A stretch of 7,397 nt of DNA from a virus: the UHGV virus genome UHGV-0204592; one strand, written 5' to 3'. Both the position numbers and the translations under genes were made by a program. The notes below the pieces were generated by a model. It worked only from the letters and a program-made list of their open reading frames with translations. It made no database searches and was not told where the DNA came from. Positions 1 to 6,092 of this stretch are shown one piece after another. Every line of letters begins with the position of its first letter. Within the stretch, counting starts at the first letter, position 1.

Positions 1-261
1 ATGGTATATCATGTTTTAGGTATTGAGAGGTTCGAAGGCATTGCTAAAAAGACAGGTAAGCCTTATGATTTTACCCGTTTTTATTCTGTTCCTTCCCGTC
101 AGCCGGATAAGGTCCGTGGTGTCAGGGTGGAAAATGTGGATGTTTATAACGGTCAGTATGCGCCGGATATTTCCGATATCCATCCTGAGGACTATGTGGA
201 TTTCAGTTTTAACCGCAGGGGTTATGTTGATGCTGTCCAGATAGTTGATTCCCCTAATTAG
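1..261 (+). CDS. Gene-V-like ssDNA-binding protein (86 aa)
   Basis: 86 aa, the same size as M13 gVp (87 aa). From memory, it shares motifs with M13 gVp: 'TGKPYDF' versus 'QGKPYSL', and 'NGQYAPDI' versus 'GQPAYAPGL'. There is no upstream sequence in a linear reading, but the window's last bases (GTGAGGA at 7385-7391) would be an ideal SD 6 nt before this ATG if the sequence is circular. The stop is TAG at 259-261. Confidence 0.7.
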   Translation: MVYHVLGIERFEGIAKKTGKPYDFTRFYSVPSRQPDKVRGVRVENVDVYNGQYAPDISDIHPEDYVDFSFNRRGYVDAVQIVDSPN

Positions 262-274
262 TGTATGCACGATT

Positions 275-306
275 CCCCGGCCCCAGGTATTATCTAGGGG
301 CCGGGG
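275..306. other. GC-rich hairpin (10-bp perfect stem CCCCGGCCCC / GGGGCCGGGG, 12-nt loop) in a 173-nt GC-rich non-coding island
   Basis: Read directly from the sequence. No U-tract follows on either strand, so it is not a typical terminator. An overlapping alternative hairpin GGGGA-TACTCCT-TCCCC spans 303-319. Confidence 0.6.
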
Positions 307-434
307 ATACTCCTTCCCCTTGATTGCTGATTGGTGCCAGGTTCCTGGCGGTCGCGGTTCATCATGTCCCGGATGCACCTACGGTGTCGCGGATATGGGA
401 AATGTGTTACAGATTATAAGAAAGTAGTGGTTGG

Positions 435-656
435 ATGAAAATTGAACTTACGGAACGTGAATTACGATACCTTAACCGGGTAGTAAACGTCCGTCTGGAT
501 GAATTATTGGAACGTTGCGCCAGGATATGCCGTATTCGTTCCCTTGATGATATAAACACGTCAGAGCGTTTCAGCATTGCGGAATCTGAAATCAAGGTTT
601 TGAAATCAGTTCATGATAAGGTTGCTGATGCTCTTTCGGATTCTTCTTTGTCATAA
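435..656 (+). CDS. Hypothetical helical protein (73 aa)
   Basis: Intact ORF beginning at an ATG. It is predicted to be all-helical and charged, with no signal peptide or TM segment. The SD is weak (GGTTGG). It lies between the GC-rich island and the pIII-like gene. Function unknown. Confidence 0.5.
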   Translation: MKIELTERELRYLNRVVNVRLDELLERCARICRIRSLDDINTSERFSIAESEIKVLKSVHDKVADALSDSSLS

Positions 657-717
657 CAGATGTACTATCCACTTAATAAAATAAAGTAACTATTCCTAAT
701 AAGTCTAGTTTAACGAA

Positions 718-725
718 TAGTTAGT
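718..725 (+). repeat. TAGTTAGT motif, copy 1 (upstream of the pIII-like gene)
   Basis: An exact 8-mer. The context is AATAGTTAGTTAC. Confidence 0.6.
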
Positions 726-783
726 TACAAATTAAGCATTGATTAGTACATCTTTTAACAATTTGTTAGGGGGTGTATTTTTT

Positions 784-2055
784 ATGTTTAAGCGTGTCGT
801 AACAATCATTTTAGTATCTCTCATATCATTGACTTGTGCTTTTGGTTCGTTCGCGTCTGAAATTGCTACATCCTCTAGTGCCCAATTAAATATTGCCACA
901 TCTAGTAATGCAATGCCTTCAGATGATTTTGATACGTTGGATGCTCCTGTACTCATGTCCTCTGGTGATTTACCATCTGTATCTAATACTGTTTATCGGT
1001 CTTATATGAAATTAGGCTGTTTTTATTATAATATGTCTGGTGTGACAAAAACTGCTGTGGTCGGCTTTGATTCTGGTGGTTATGCTTCTTTGCCTTTGCC
1101 TTCGGATGCTGCTAGCGTTCGTAAAATTTTTATTATTCTTCCTAGAGAATCCTTGCCCTCTCCAGGACGTTATAATGTATCCATCCGTTTTGCTTCTAAT
1201 ACTGGTGTTACTTATAAGGATTGCTTATTATATACAGAAAAGCAAAGTGTAAATACATCTAATGAATCAACGACGGATTATATATCCTATTCCCAATTAT
1301 CTGGCGATTGGTATGCTACTACTGTTGTTGATTTGAATAGTGTAAGTAAATTACAATTTGAGCTGGCTCTGCAATCTGTTTCAACGTCGAATTTGCCTTA
1401 TGGTGGTTATGTTAATGTTTGTTTTAAGAAAACCAATAGTCAGGCTGACATAGTTACGGCTGGTGGTGTTTATACGTCTGATGATGCGACAAAGGATATT
1501 GCTAATAATTCCGCTCAGCAGGTCGAACAAGGTGAAACTATCATTGAATTAATCAAAAATACGATACAGACGATTAGTTCACAATTGACGGCTTTCTGGA
1601 ATCAGTTGGCTGGGGAATTTACCAATCTTTATGCAAAGATGACCCAGCAACATTCTGAACAGTTACAGGCTGACCGGGATAATACGGATGATATCATAGC
1701 TGCTGAGGAATCCAATACCACTAACATCATTAACAATAACAATGCGAATACGGATAAGTTATCGAATGGTTATGATAATTCTGGTATGAATTCCGATAAT
1801 GACCGATTGAATGGTTCACTTAAGGAATATGACCAGGCCGAAGATAACCTGATGGAGGATGTTAATACAGGGATTGGGAACATAGATTTTGATTTCAGTT
1901 TTGACAGTACATTATCCGTCATATCAACTGTTTCCGATTTCCTGCAAGGTATTTATGAACGTTCCGGTGGGTTCCAGGTGGTCATAAATGTATGTCTTAT
2001 CCTCTCCCTCGCTTCCTGCGCCGTTGGTCTGTACCGTTTAAAGGGGGGTGGGTAA
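784..2055 (+). CDS. pIII-like minor coat / adsorption protein (423 aa), secreted with a C-terminal membrane anchor
   Basis: The ORF track starts at 739, but the first ATG with an SD (AGGGGGTG at 768-775, 8 nt upstream) is 784. It has an N-terminal signal peptide (MFKRVVTIILVSLISLTCAFGSFA|SE). A Ser/Thr-rich N-terminal domain is followed by an Asn-rich low-complexity linker (NIINNNNANTDKLSNGYDNSGMNSDND). The C-terminal hydrophobic anchor is VVINVCLILSLASCAVGLY followed by RLKGGG. Its size and architecture match M13 pIII (424 aa). Confidence 0.65.
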   Translation: MFKRVVTIILVSLISLTCAFGSFASEIATSSSAQLNIATSSNAMPSDDFDTLDAPVLMSSGDLPSVSNTVYRSYMKLGCFYYNMSGVTKTAVVGFDSGGYASLPLPSDAASVRKIFIILPRESLPSPGRYNVSIRFASNTGVTYKDCLLYTEKQSVNTSNESTTDYISYSQLSGDWYATTVVDLNSVSKLQFELALQSVSTSNLPYGGYVNVCFKKTNSQADIVTAGGVYTSDDATKDIANNSAQQVEQGETIIELIKNTIQTISSQLTAFWNQLAGEFTNLYAKMTQQHSEQLQADRDNTDDIIAAEESNTTNIINNNNANTDKLSNGYDNSGMNSDNDRLNGSLKEYDQAEDNLMEDVNTGIGNIDFDFSFDSTLSVISTVSDFLQGIYERSGGFQVVINVCLILSLASCAVGLYRLKGGG

Positions 2056-2274
2056 ATGTTTAAGTTCTTTGAATCCATTGCCAATATCTTTAAGACGGTT
2101 GTTGATTTTGTCATTGACCTATTCCAGATGCTTCTTGGCCTGGTGGAACTTATTGTAAAAGGGTTTGGTTTTCTGATGCGTGTCATCAATGAACTTCCCC
2201 CGTTCCTGATACCATTTGCGCTTGGGTTTATCTGCCTGGCTATCCTGTTCCAGATTCTTAATAAAGGGAGTTGA
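2056..2274 (+). CDS. Small hydrophobic virion/membrane protein (72 aa, 2 predicted TM); pVI-like candidate
   Basis: The ATG directly abuts the TAA of the upstream gene (gggTAAATG), and a G-rich SD (AAGGGGGGTGGG) lies upstream. The protein is very hydrophobic with two predicted TM helices. Confidence 0.6.
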   Translation: MFKFFESIANIFKTVVDFVIDLFQMLLGLVELIVKGFGFLMRVINELPPFLIPFALGFICLAILFQILNKGS

Positions 2275-2278
2275 TTGT

Positions 2279-2440
2279 ATGTTAGGTTCATTCCTTCAAT
2301 TTGTTCTTGATGTATTCGGTGGTATGATTGGGCTTCTTCAATATACGGAACTTGGCGGTTTTACCTTGGAGGATGTCCTTGTTGCCATCCTTATTGTTAC
2401 GATTGTTGCCCGTACTGTGATTGTAAAGTTTGGAGAATGA
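2279..2440 (+). CDS. Small hydrophobic protein (53 aa)
   Basis: The track ORF 2216-2440 is shortened to the ATG at 2279, which has the SD AGGGAG (2265-2270) 8 nt upstream. The sequence is MLGSFLQFVLDVFGGMIGLLQY...IVTIVARTVIVKFGE, giving 1-2 TM helices. Confidence 0.55.
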   Translation: MLGSFLQFVLDVFGGMIGLLQYTELGGFTLEDVLVAILIVTIVARTVIVKFGE

Positions 2441-2441
2441 T

Positions 2442-3275
2442 ATGGTTCTTTTGATAGTGGTATTCATGCTTCTGTTCTCCTTTCCTTCCTATGCTGTTCC
2501 GGTTGCGTCTCCCTCTGAGGTAGGGAAGGTGTTGGAAGATGGTGATGTTTTGGAAAATGATGAAATTGTGGATGATGATGATATTTCTTCAGTCTTTGAT
2601 GACCGGCCCGATTTTTATTATGAATCCATGGAGGACATGAACGATGATGAGGTTCTTAAACGTATACTTGCCGAAGTTGTATCTATTAGCGATTCTATGG
2701 GTGGCCCTGTTGCTACTCCTTCAGATGCTACCAGGCCTGACAGTGATGCCTTGGAGGATGAGGAAATTTCTCCTGACGGTGAGGAGGTTGATACAGCTTC
2801 TTACACTCTGGATGCCGATTCCTTTGCACAGGGCTCTGAGGATACTTACGTTAATGTGTTGCGTTTTGATATTACTTTTAACAACCATGATTATATTTTA
2901 CTGATTCCGCCGGAATACGTGGATAATCTTTATATAGATGGTAATGACCGTCTTTGGAACATGTCTACCAGTAATATTACAGGCCGTATCGTGGATGCTG
3001 GATTTAATCCTTTGGTGACAGAGGGCAGGCTGATGTATCTCTCTCCCTGTCTTGGCAATATCTTTTCCACGGTGAATGAATACGGCAGTCCCAATTATAT
3101 GCGTACTTATTATTGGAGTTCCGGCCGTCTTACTTATTCCACATCCTATGGTGTGATTACAGTAAATAAATACCATAATCCGTTTTATGTATCCCAGACC
3201 ATGGATTATATCATGTTGTTTGTTGTGACAGGAGGTGTTTTATTCATATGTTTGAACAATTACAAACGTTATTAG
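2442..3275 (+). CDS. Secreted acidic protein with a C-terminal TM anchor (277 aa); second minor coat/adsorption candidate
   Basis: ATG at 2442 with SD GGAG (2432-2435) 6 nt upstream. The track start at 2430 is a TTG. Signal peptide MVLLIVVFMLLFSFPSYA|VP. There is a strongly acidic Asp/Glu-rich region (DEIVDDDDISSVFDD...EDEEISPDGEE). The C-terminal TM is IMLFVVTGGVLFICL followed by NNYKRY. Confidence 0.6.
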   Translation: MVLLIVVFMLLFSFPSYAVPVASPSEVGKVLEDGDVLENDEIVDDDDISSVFDDRPDFYYESMEDMNDDEVLKRILAEVVSISDSMGGPVATPSDATRPDSDALEDEEISPDGEEVDTASYTLDADSFAQGSEDTYVNVLRFDITFNNHDYILLIPPEYVDNLYIDGNDRLWNMSTSNITGRIVDAGFNPLVTEGRLMYLSPCLGNIFSTVNEYGSPNYMRTYYWSSGRLTYSTSYGVITVNKYHNPFYVSQTMDYIMLFVVTGGVLFICLNNYKRY

Positions 3276-3394
3276 GTATTACAGTTCCGGTACAGTTTGA
3301 ACCTGTCCTGATTACCATTACTGCCGTCTTGTTCCTCTGGCTTCTCTCCTTTTTTGGCGAGTTGCTTAAACTTATCATATTACGTTGGGGTTGA
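3248..3394 (+). CDS. Small hydrophobic protein (48 aa); pVII/pIX-like candidate
   Basis: Hand-translated as MFEQLQTLLGITVPVQFEPVLITITAVLFLWLLSFFGELLKLIILRWG*. It is below the 60-aa track cutoff. AGGAGG at 3230-3235 lies 12 nt upstream, which is longish. It overlaps the 3' end of the preceding gene in another frame. It has a single TM helix and a basic C-terminus. Confidence 0.4.
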   Translation: MFEQLQTLLGITVPVQFEPVLITITAVLFLWLLSFFGELLKLIILRWG

Positions 3395-3558
3395 TGTCCA
3401 TGTGGGAGGATTTCTCGATTATTTTTAATGATGGGATTCTGGTCAATGCCAAGGTCCTGATTGATTTCCTTTTAGGTGATGGTATTTATTTAGGTGCTGT
3501 TGTTATTCTCCTGCCCCTGCTTGGCAGGTTAATAAAGTTTTTTAAAAATTTATTTTAG
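3394..3558 (+). CDS. Small coat-like protein (54 aa; alternative start at 3400 gives 52 aa)
   Basis: Hand-translated as MSMWEDFSIIFNDGILVNAKVLIDFLLGDGIYLGAVVILLPLLGRLIKFFKNLF*. The start overlaps the upstream stop (TGATG coupling). It has an acidic N-terminus, one TM helix and a basic C-terminus (RLIKFFKNLF), which is the classic inovirus coat-protein layout without a signal peptide, as in Pf3. It is below the track cutoff. Confidence 0.45.
   Translation: MSMWEDFSIIFNDGILVNAKVLIDFLLGDGIYLGAVVILLPLLGRLIKFFKNLF
3521..3549 (+). promoter_or_regulatory. Candidate promoter for the major coat gene: -35 TTGGCA (3521-3526), 17 nt, -10 AAAAAT (3544-3549)
   Basis: An AT-rich tract with an A/T palindrome TTTTTTAAAAA immediately upstream of the strong coat RBS. 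The hexamers are each a 4/6 match. Confidence 0.3.
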
Positions 3559-3569
3559 GAGGTGTTTTT

Positions 3570-3860
3570 ATGTTGCAGAGAGTAAGAAATAGGTTCCAGA
3601 AGTTCATGTATGGCCTTTTTGCCGTACCGTTCCTTATGGGTATGACAGCTTTTCCGGCCTATGCGTCTGAATCTGGTGCAGGTTCTGCTTCCCTTACGGA
3701 TACACTCAGTATCTTCACGGAAGTGTTCGCCTGGTTCCTCAAGGAAGGTGGTAACCTGCTGGCCTGGATGCTTGACAAGCCCATCATCCTTCTGTCGCTG
3801 GCTGTTTTCTTTGTCGGCGCTGTGATTGGTGTCCTTGCCCGTATCTATAGCAGTTTTTAG
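3570..3860 (+). CDS. Major coat protein precursor (pVIII-like, 96 aa; about 64 aa mature)
   Basis: It has the best RBS in the window: AGGAGG at 3557-3562, 7 nt before the ATG. It has a long signal peptide ending AFPAYA|SESGAG. The mature part has an acidic, amphipathic N-terminus, a TM helix (IILLSLAVFFVGAVIGVLA) and a short basic tail (RIYSSF). An AT-rich promoter-like region lies upstream. Confidence 0.65.
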   Translation: MLQRVRNRFQKFMYGLFAVPFLMGMTAFPAYASESGAGSASLTDTLSIFTEVFAWFLKEGGNLLAWMLDKPIILLSLAVFFVGAVIGVLARIYSSF

Positions 3861-3881
3861 TGACTTATCGTTTCTTTGTCA

Positions 3882-3905
3882 GGCCGGGTTTCGCCCGGTC
3901 TGATA
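3882..3905 (+). terminator. Weak hairpin (GGCCGGG-TTTCG-CCCGGTC) after the major coat gene; possible attenuator
   Basis: A 6-7 bp GC stem 22 nt after the coat stop codon, followed by CTGATATTT, which is a weak U-tract. This is analogous to the terminator after gene VIII in Ff phages. Confidence 0.3.
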
Positions 3906-3919
3906 TTTGGAGGTATGTT

Positions 3920-4078
3920 ATGTTTGGGATTCTTCCGGTCTTTTGGGATTTCTTCTTCTCCCCTCTCCTGGCCTTTGATATAGATAGTCCTATTTTTGCG
4001 CCTATTGCTTTATGTCTGGTTGTCCTTTGTGTATTCCGCTTTGTCAGGAGGATATTTTCATGGTGTTTTTCGTTTTGA
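3920..4078 (+). CDS. Small hydrophobic protein (52 aa)
   Basis: The track ORF 3860-4078 begins at a GTG. The first ATG with an SD (GGAGG at 3909-3913, 6 nt upstream) is at 3920. The sequence is MFGILPVFWDFFFSPLLAFDIDSPIFAPIALCLVVLCVFRFVRRIFSWCFSF. The 3' end overlaps the ATPase gene start. Confidence 0.45.
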   Translation: MFGILPVFWDFFFSPLLAFDIDSPIFAPIALCLVVLCVFRFVRRIFSWCFSF

Positions 4079-4824
4079 TTATCCTGTTTTTTATTCTTTT
4101 CATTGGGTACCATTTAATTCGCTATCGTAATCCCTATAAATTAATCATGGTCATAGGTAAAAAAGGCTCTGGTAAAACCACGTTAATGGTCAAACTATCG
4201 TTGAAGTATAACAAGAGGAAACGGCCTGTGTTCTGCAATGCTCCTGACATTCCTGGTACATATTACTTTGAGCCTGAAATGTTGGGTTCTGTCGGTTTCC
4301 CGGAAAACGCAATCATTATGGTTGACGAGGCTTCCAGGTATTGGGATAACCGTGATTTTAAGAATTTTCAGAAGAAGACCTTTGACTATTTCCGTTTCCA
4401 GCGGAAATACCGTCATACGGTTTATCTATTTTCCCAAAGTTTTGATGTTGATAAGAAACTTAGGGACCTTACGGACCGAATGTATTTAGCGACTAATGTC
4501 TTTAATGCATTTTCAGTTGCCAGGGGTATTGCCAAGGCTCCCACGATTACCCATGCGGATTCTAACCAGGCTGGTGAATCTAAACTTGTGGATGATATAC
4601 ATTTTGAGAGCCTGCTTCTGTTCTGGGCCGGCTCTGTCCGTATTACTTATCTGCCAAAGTATATAAAATACTTTAATTCGTTTGACCCTCCTTATCTTCC
4701 AGAAGGTCAATTTACATATACGCCATTCATCAAGCGGAAACGAAGGGCCCCCGCCTGTGGCGGGCCCGTAGTTGAAGCGATAGAGGATAAAATGGATGAT
4801 GACTTCGGACCCCCGTCTAATTAG
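4060..4824 (+). CDS. Zot/pI-like morphogenesis ATPase (254 aa) with an N-terminal TM anchor
   Basis: Walker A motif MVIGKKGSGKTTL and Walker B motif AIIMVDEAS. The N-terminal region resembles the Zot/pI N-domain, for example M13 pI MAVYFVTGKLGSGKT. The start was chosen at ATG 4060 (SD AGGAGGA at 4046-4052, 7 nt upstream) rather than the track's ATG at 4012, which has no SD. An alternative start at 4147 would begin exactly at 'MVIGKKGSGKT' but has no SD. There is no C-terminal TM or periplasmic domain. Confidence 0.7.
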   Translation: MVFFVLIILFFILFIGYHLIRYRNPYKLIMVIGKKGSGKTTLMVKLSLKYNKRKRPVFCNAPDIPGTYYFEPEMLGSVGFPENAIIMVDEASRYWDNRDFKNFQKKTFDYFRFQRKYRHTVYLFSQSFDVDKKLRDLTDRMYLATNVFNAFSVARGIAKAPTITHADSNQAGESKLVDDIHFESLLLFWAGSVRITYLPKYIKYFNSFDPPYLPEGQFTYTPFIKRKRRAPACGGPVVEAIEDKMDDDFGPPSN

Positions 4825-4835
4825 GTCCGAAGTCC
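4801..4835. other. Perfect 11-bp hairpin GACTTCGGACC / GGTCCGAAGTC enclosing the ATPase stop codon in its 13-nt loop
   Basis: Read directly from the sequence. It is followed by a second 7-bp hairpin ACTTTGT / ACAAAGT (4850-4873), then TTT, then the rep RBS. Confidence 0.6.
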
Positions 4836-4891
4836 TGAAAAATTCTTTCACTTTGTAGTATTCTTCACAAAGTTTTAGGAGGTATTCCCTT

Positions 4892-5812
4892 ATGCTTTAT
4901 TATTACAATCCATTGATTGAGGACGGTATATTTTACTCTTGTGATTCCCTTCGGTTCTCTTTTGTTTTCCCAGATGCGGACACAGTAGAAGATTTCCTTA
5001 CCTTCCTCTCCCGCCTTCCCGGCTCCACCCATTACCAGTCCTTAAAGGATTTTGATTACAGATACCTTTATGTGTTTGGTATTAAAGGATTGAGTTTCAG
5101 TATCGGCCTTTGTATGAATGGGATTAAAAAGGAAACCGTCTTACAAGGCTTTTTGGATTTTAACCCTAATAAGATACTCGGTGATATATCCTATGGCAAT
5201 GGATTTATGGGTACGGTTCATTCCCCGTTTAGTAATGAGGAATCTTCCTACAAGGATTTAAGGTGTCAGATAAAAGAGATTCTGATGGAGGTTATGGAAA
5301 ACCTTTGGTCATGTACGGAAGAAATAAGAATCAAACGTTGGGATTTAGCTGTGGATGTTCCGTATGGTCGCGATTGTGTCCAGCTTATCAAGGATAACAG
5401 GAAATACAGTCAGTTTTATAAATCGGCTCAGGATTTTACAGAGTATTTAGGGTCTATGTCAAGTCCAGGACGTGTGAAGATTTACAATAAACAGATTGAG
5501 GCGGAATTGGACTATCCCCTCACCCGGATTGAAGTCACATTGGATAGCTTGGATTTCATTGACTGTTGCCGATGCTGGCCCAATGTCTATACCCGTAAGG
5601 TAATCGACCTGGCAGAAACCAAGGTCATTGTGCAGTTGCTTTCGGAGCAACCAGTAGATAGGATGGATTATTATCTCCGTCAGATGTCGGCCCCTACGAA
5701 ACGTAGATACAAGGCCCTGCTCCTGGAACGTCCCTTTGAGGTTACAGGTCCTGTCTTTAACAAGTTGCGGAATCAGTTATTGAGATATCAGGAGGGGGAT
5801 TTTTATGAATAG
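4892..5812 (+). CDS. Rolling-circle replication initiator, Rep_trans (pT181 RepC / CTXphi RstA) family, 306 aa
   Basis: SD AGGAGG at 4877-4882. From memory, the segment 'GRVKIYNKQIEAELDYPLTRIEVTLD' aligns with the pT181-family active-site region '...RIYNKKQERKD...WRVEIELKRD', whose Tyr is the nicking residue. Here that residue is Tyr198, codon TAC at 5483-5485. The upstream motif 'KRWDLAVDVPYG' resembles the conserved acidic metal-binding motif of the family. Confidence 0.7.
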   Translation: MLYYYNPLIEDGIFYSCDSLRFSFVFPDADTVEDFLTFLSRLPGSTHYQSLKDFDYRYLYVFGIKGLSFSIGLCMNGIKKETVLQGFLDFNPNKILGDISYGNGFMGTVHSPFSNEESSYKDLRCQIKEILMEVMENLWSCTEEIRIKRWDLAVDVPYGRDCVQLIKDNRKYSQFYKSAQDFTEYLGSMSSPGRVKIYNKQIEAELDYPLTRIEVTLDSLDFIDCCRCWPNVYTRKVIDLAETKVIVQLLSEQPVDRMDYYLRQMSAPTKRRYKALLLERPFEVTGPVFNKLRNQLLRYQEGDFYE

Positions 5813-5984
5813 ACCAGTTGGGAAAATCAAGGTCAGTGCATATCTTACTAAGAAGCAGTATAACCAGCTTTGCCGATACATGGAATATTGTGGGTGCTAT
5901 TCCACCTCTGCGGAACTGGTTACCAGGTTTGTATCGATTGGCCTGGCTGATGCCGTCAAGCGTGGGGTAATTGATGATGATTAG
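5805..5984 (+). CDS. Small ribbon-helix-helix-like protein (59 aa), translationally coupled to rep
   Basis: Hand-translated as MNRPVGKIKVSAYLTKKQYNQLCRYMEYCGCYSTSAELVTRFVSIGLADAVKRGVIDDD*. The ATG overlaps the rep stop, and SD GGAGGGGG lies 6-8 nt upstream. The predicted beta-strand (KIKVSAYL) followed by two helices fits an RHH/CopG-like fold. It is below the track cutoff. Confidence 0.4.
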   Translation: MNRPVGKIKVSAYLTKKQYNQLCRYMEYCGCYSTSAELVTRFVSIGLADAVKRGVIDDD

Positions 5985-6060
5985 TAACACATGGTTGCCC
6001 TGGCTCCAGCTGTGATGGGAAACAGCCTGCAGGAAAATTGTGTTACATAGATAAAGATAT

Positions 6061-6092
6061 CCCCGGCATAGTGCCGGGGATTTTGTTGTTAT
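6061..6092. terminator. Bidirectional rho-independent terminator between convergent transcription units
   Basis: Perfect 8-bp GC stem CCCCGGCA / TGCCGGGG with a 3-nt loop (TAG) at 6061-6079. It is followed on the + strand by ATTTTGTTGTT and on the - strand by a TTTAT-rich run. It sits exactly between the end of the + operon (5984) and the end of the - strand 77-aa gene (6089). Confidence 0.75.

Noticed and set aside
16-378. 120-aa minus-strand ORF antisense to the gV-like gene and the GC island
   Set aside because: It has no SD, runs through the non-coding hairpin island, and lies antisense to a well-supported gene with a recognisable family signature. It is probably a spurious ORF.
330-400. 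Possible tRNA-like or attP (tRNA 3'-end) sequence (GGTTCATCATGTCCCGG, CGCGACCGCCA on the reverse strand)
   Set aside because: I could not assemble a consistent T-arm plus acceptor stem with proper pairing on either strand. The resemblance is superficial.
245-427. 60-aa + strand ORF spanning the GC-rich island
   Set aside because: It has no ATG with a ribosome-binding site, and its composition is driven by the GC-rich hairpins. The region is better explained as structured non-coding DNA.
1405-1420. TTATGTTAATG, resembling the XerD arm of dif (TTATGTTAAAT)
   Set aside because: It lies inside the pIII-like coding sequence with no matching XerC arm at the correct spacing. It is most likely coincidence, and I found no convincing dif-like attP elsewhere.
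1067-2904. Alternative-frame + ORFs (1067-1252 and 2644-2904) inside the pIII-like and 277-aa genes, and ORF 23-244 inside the gV-like gene
   Set aside because: They are out-of-frame overlaps with no RBS. The host frames carry signal peptides and domain structure.
4012-4059. N-terminal extension of the ATPase ORF from the ATG at 4012 (MSGCPLCIPLCQEDIF...)
   Set aside because: There is no SD upstream of 4012, whereas ATG 4060 has AGGAGGA 7 nt upstream. The extension would also overlap most of the 52-aa ORF.
3865-4113. 82-aa Lys-rich minus-strand ORF
   Set aside because: It is antisense to the well-supported coat, 52-aa and ATPase genes, has no SD, and its composition is the low-complexity complement of a Phe/Leu-rich sense strand.
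4513-4851. 112-aa minus-strand ORF inside the ATPase gene, with similar antisense ORFs at 4195-4416, 5459-5650, 5757-5990, 1953-2291, 2898-3176, 732-956 and 407-595
   Set aside because: All are antisense to SD-supported genes with recognisable motifs. None has a convincing start or RBS. They are typical shadow ORFs.
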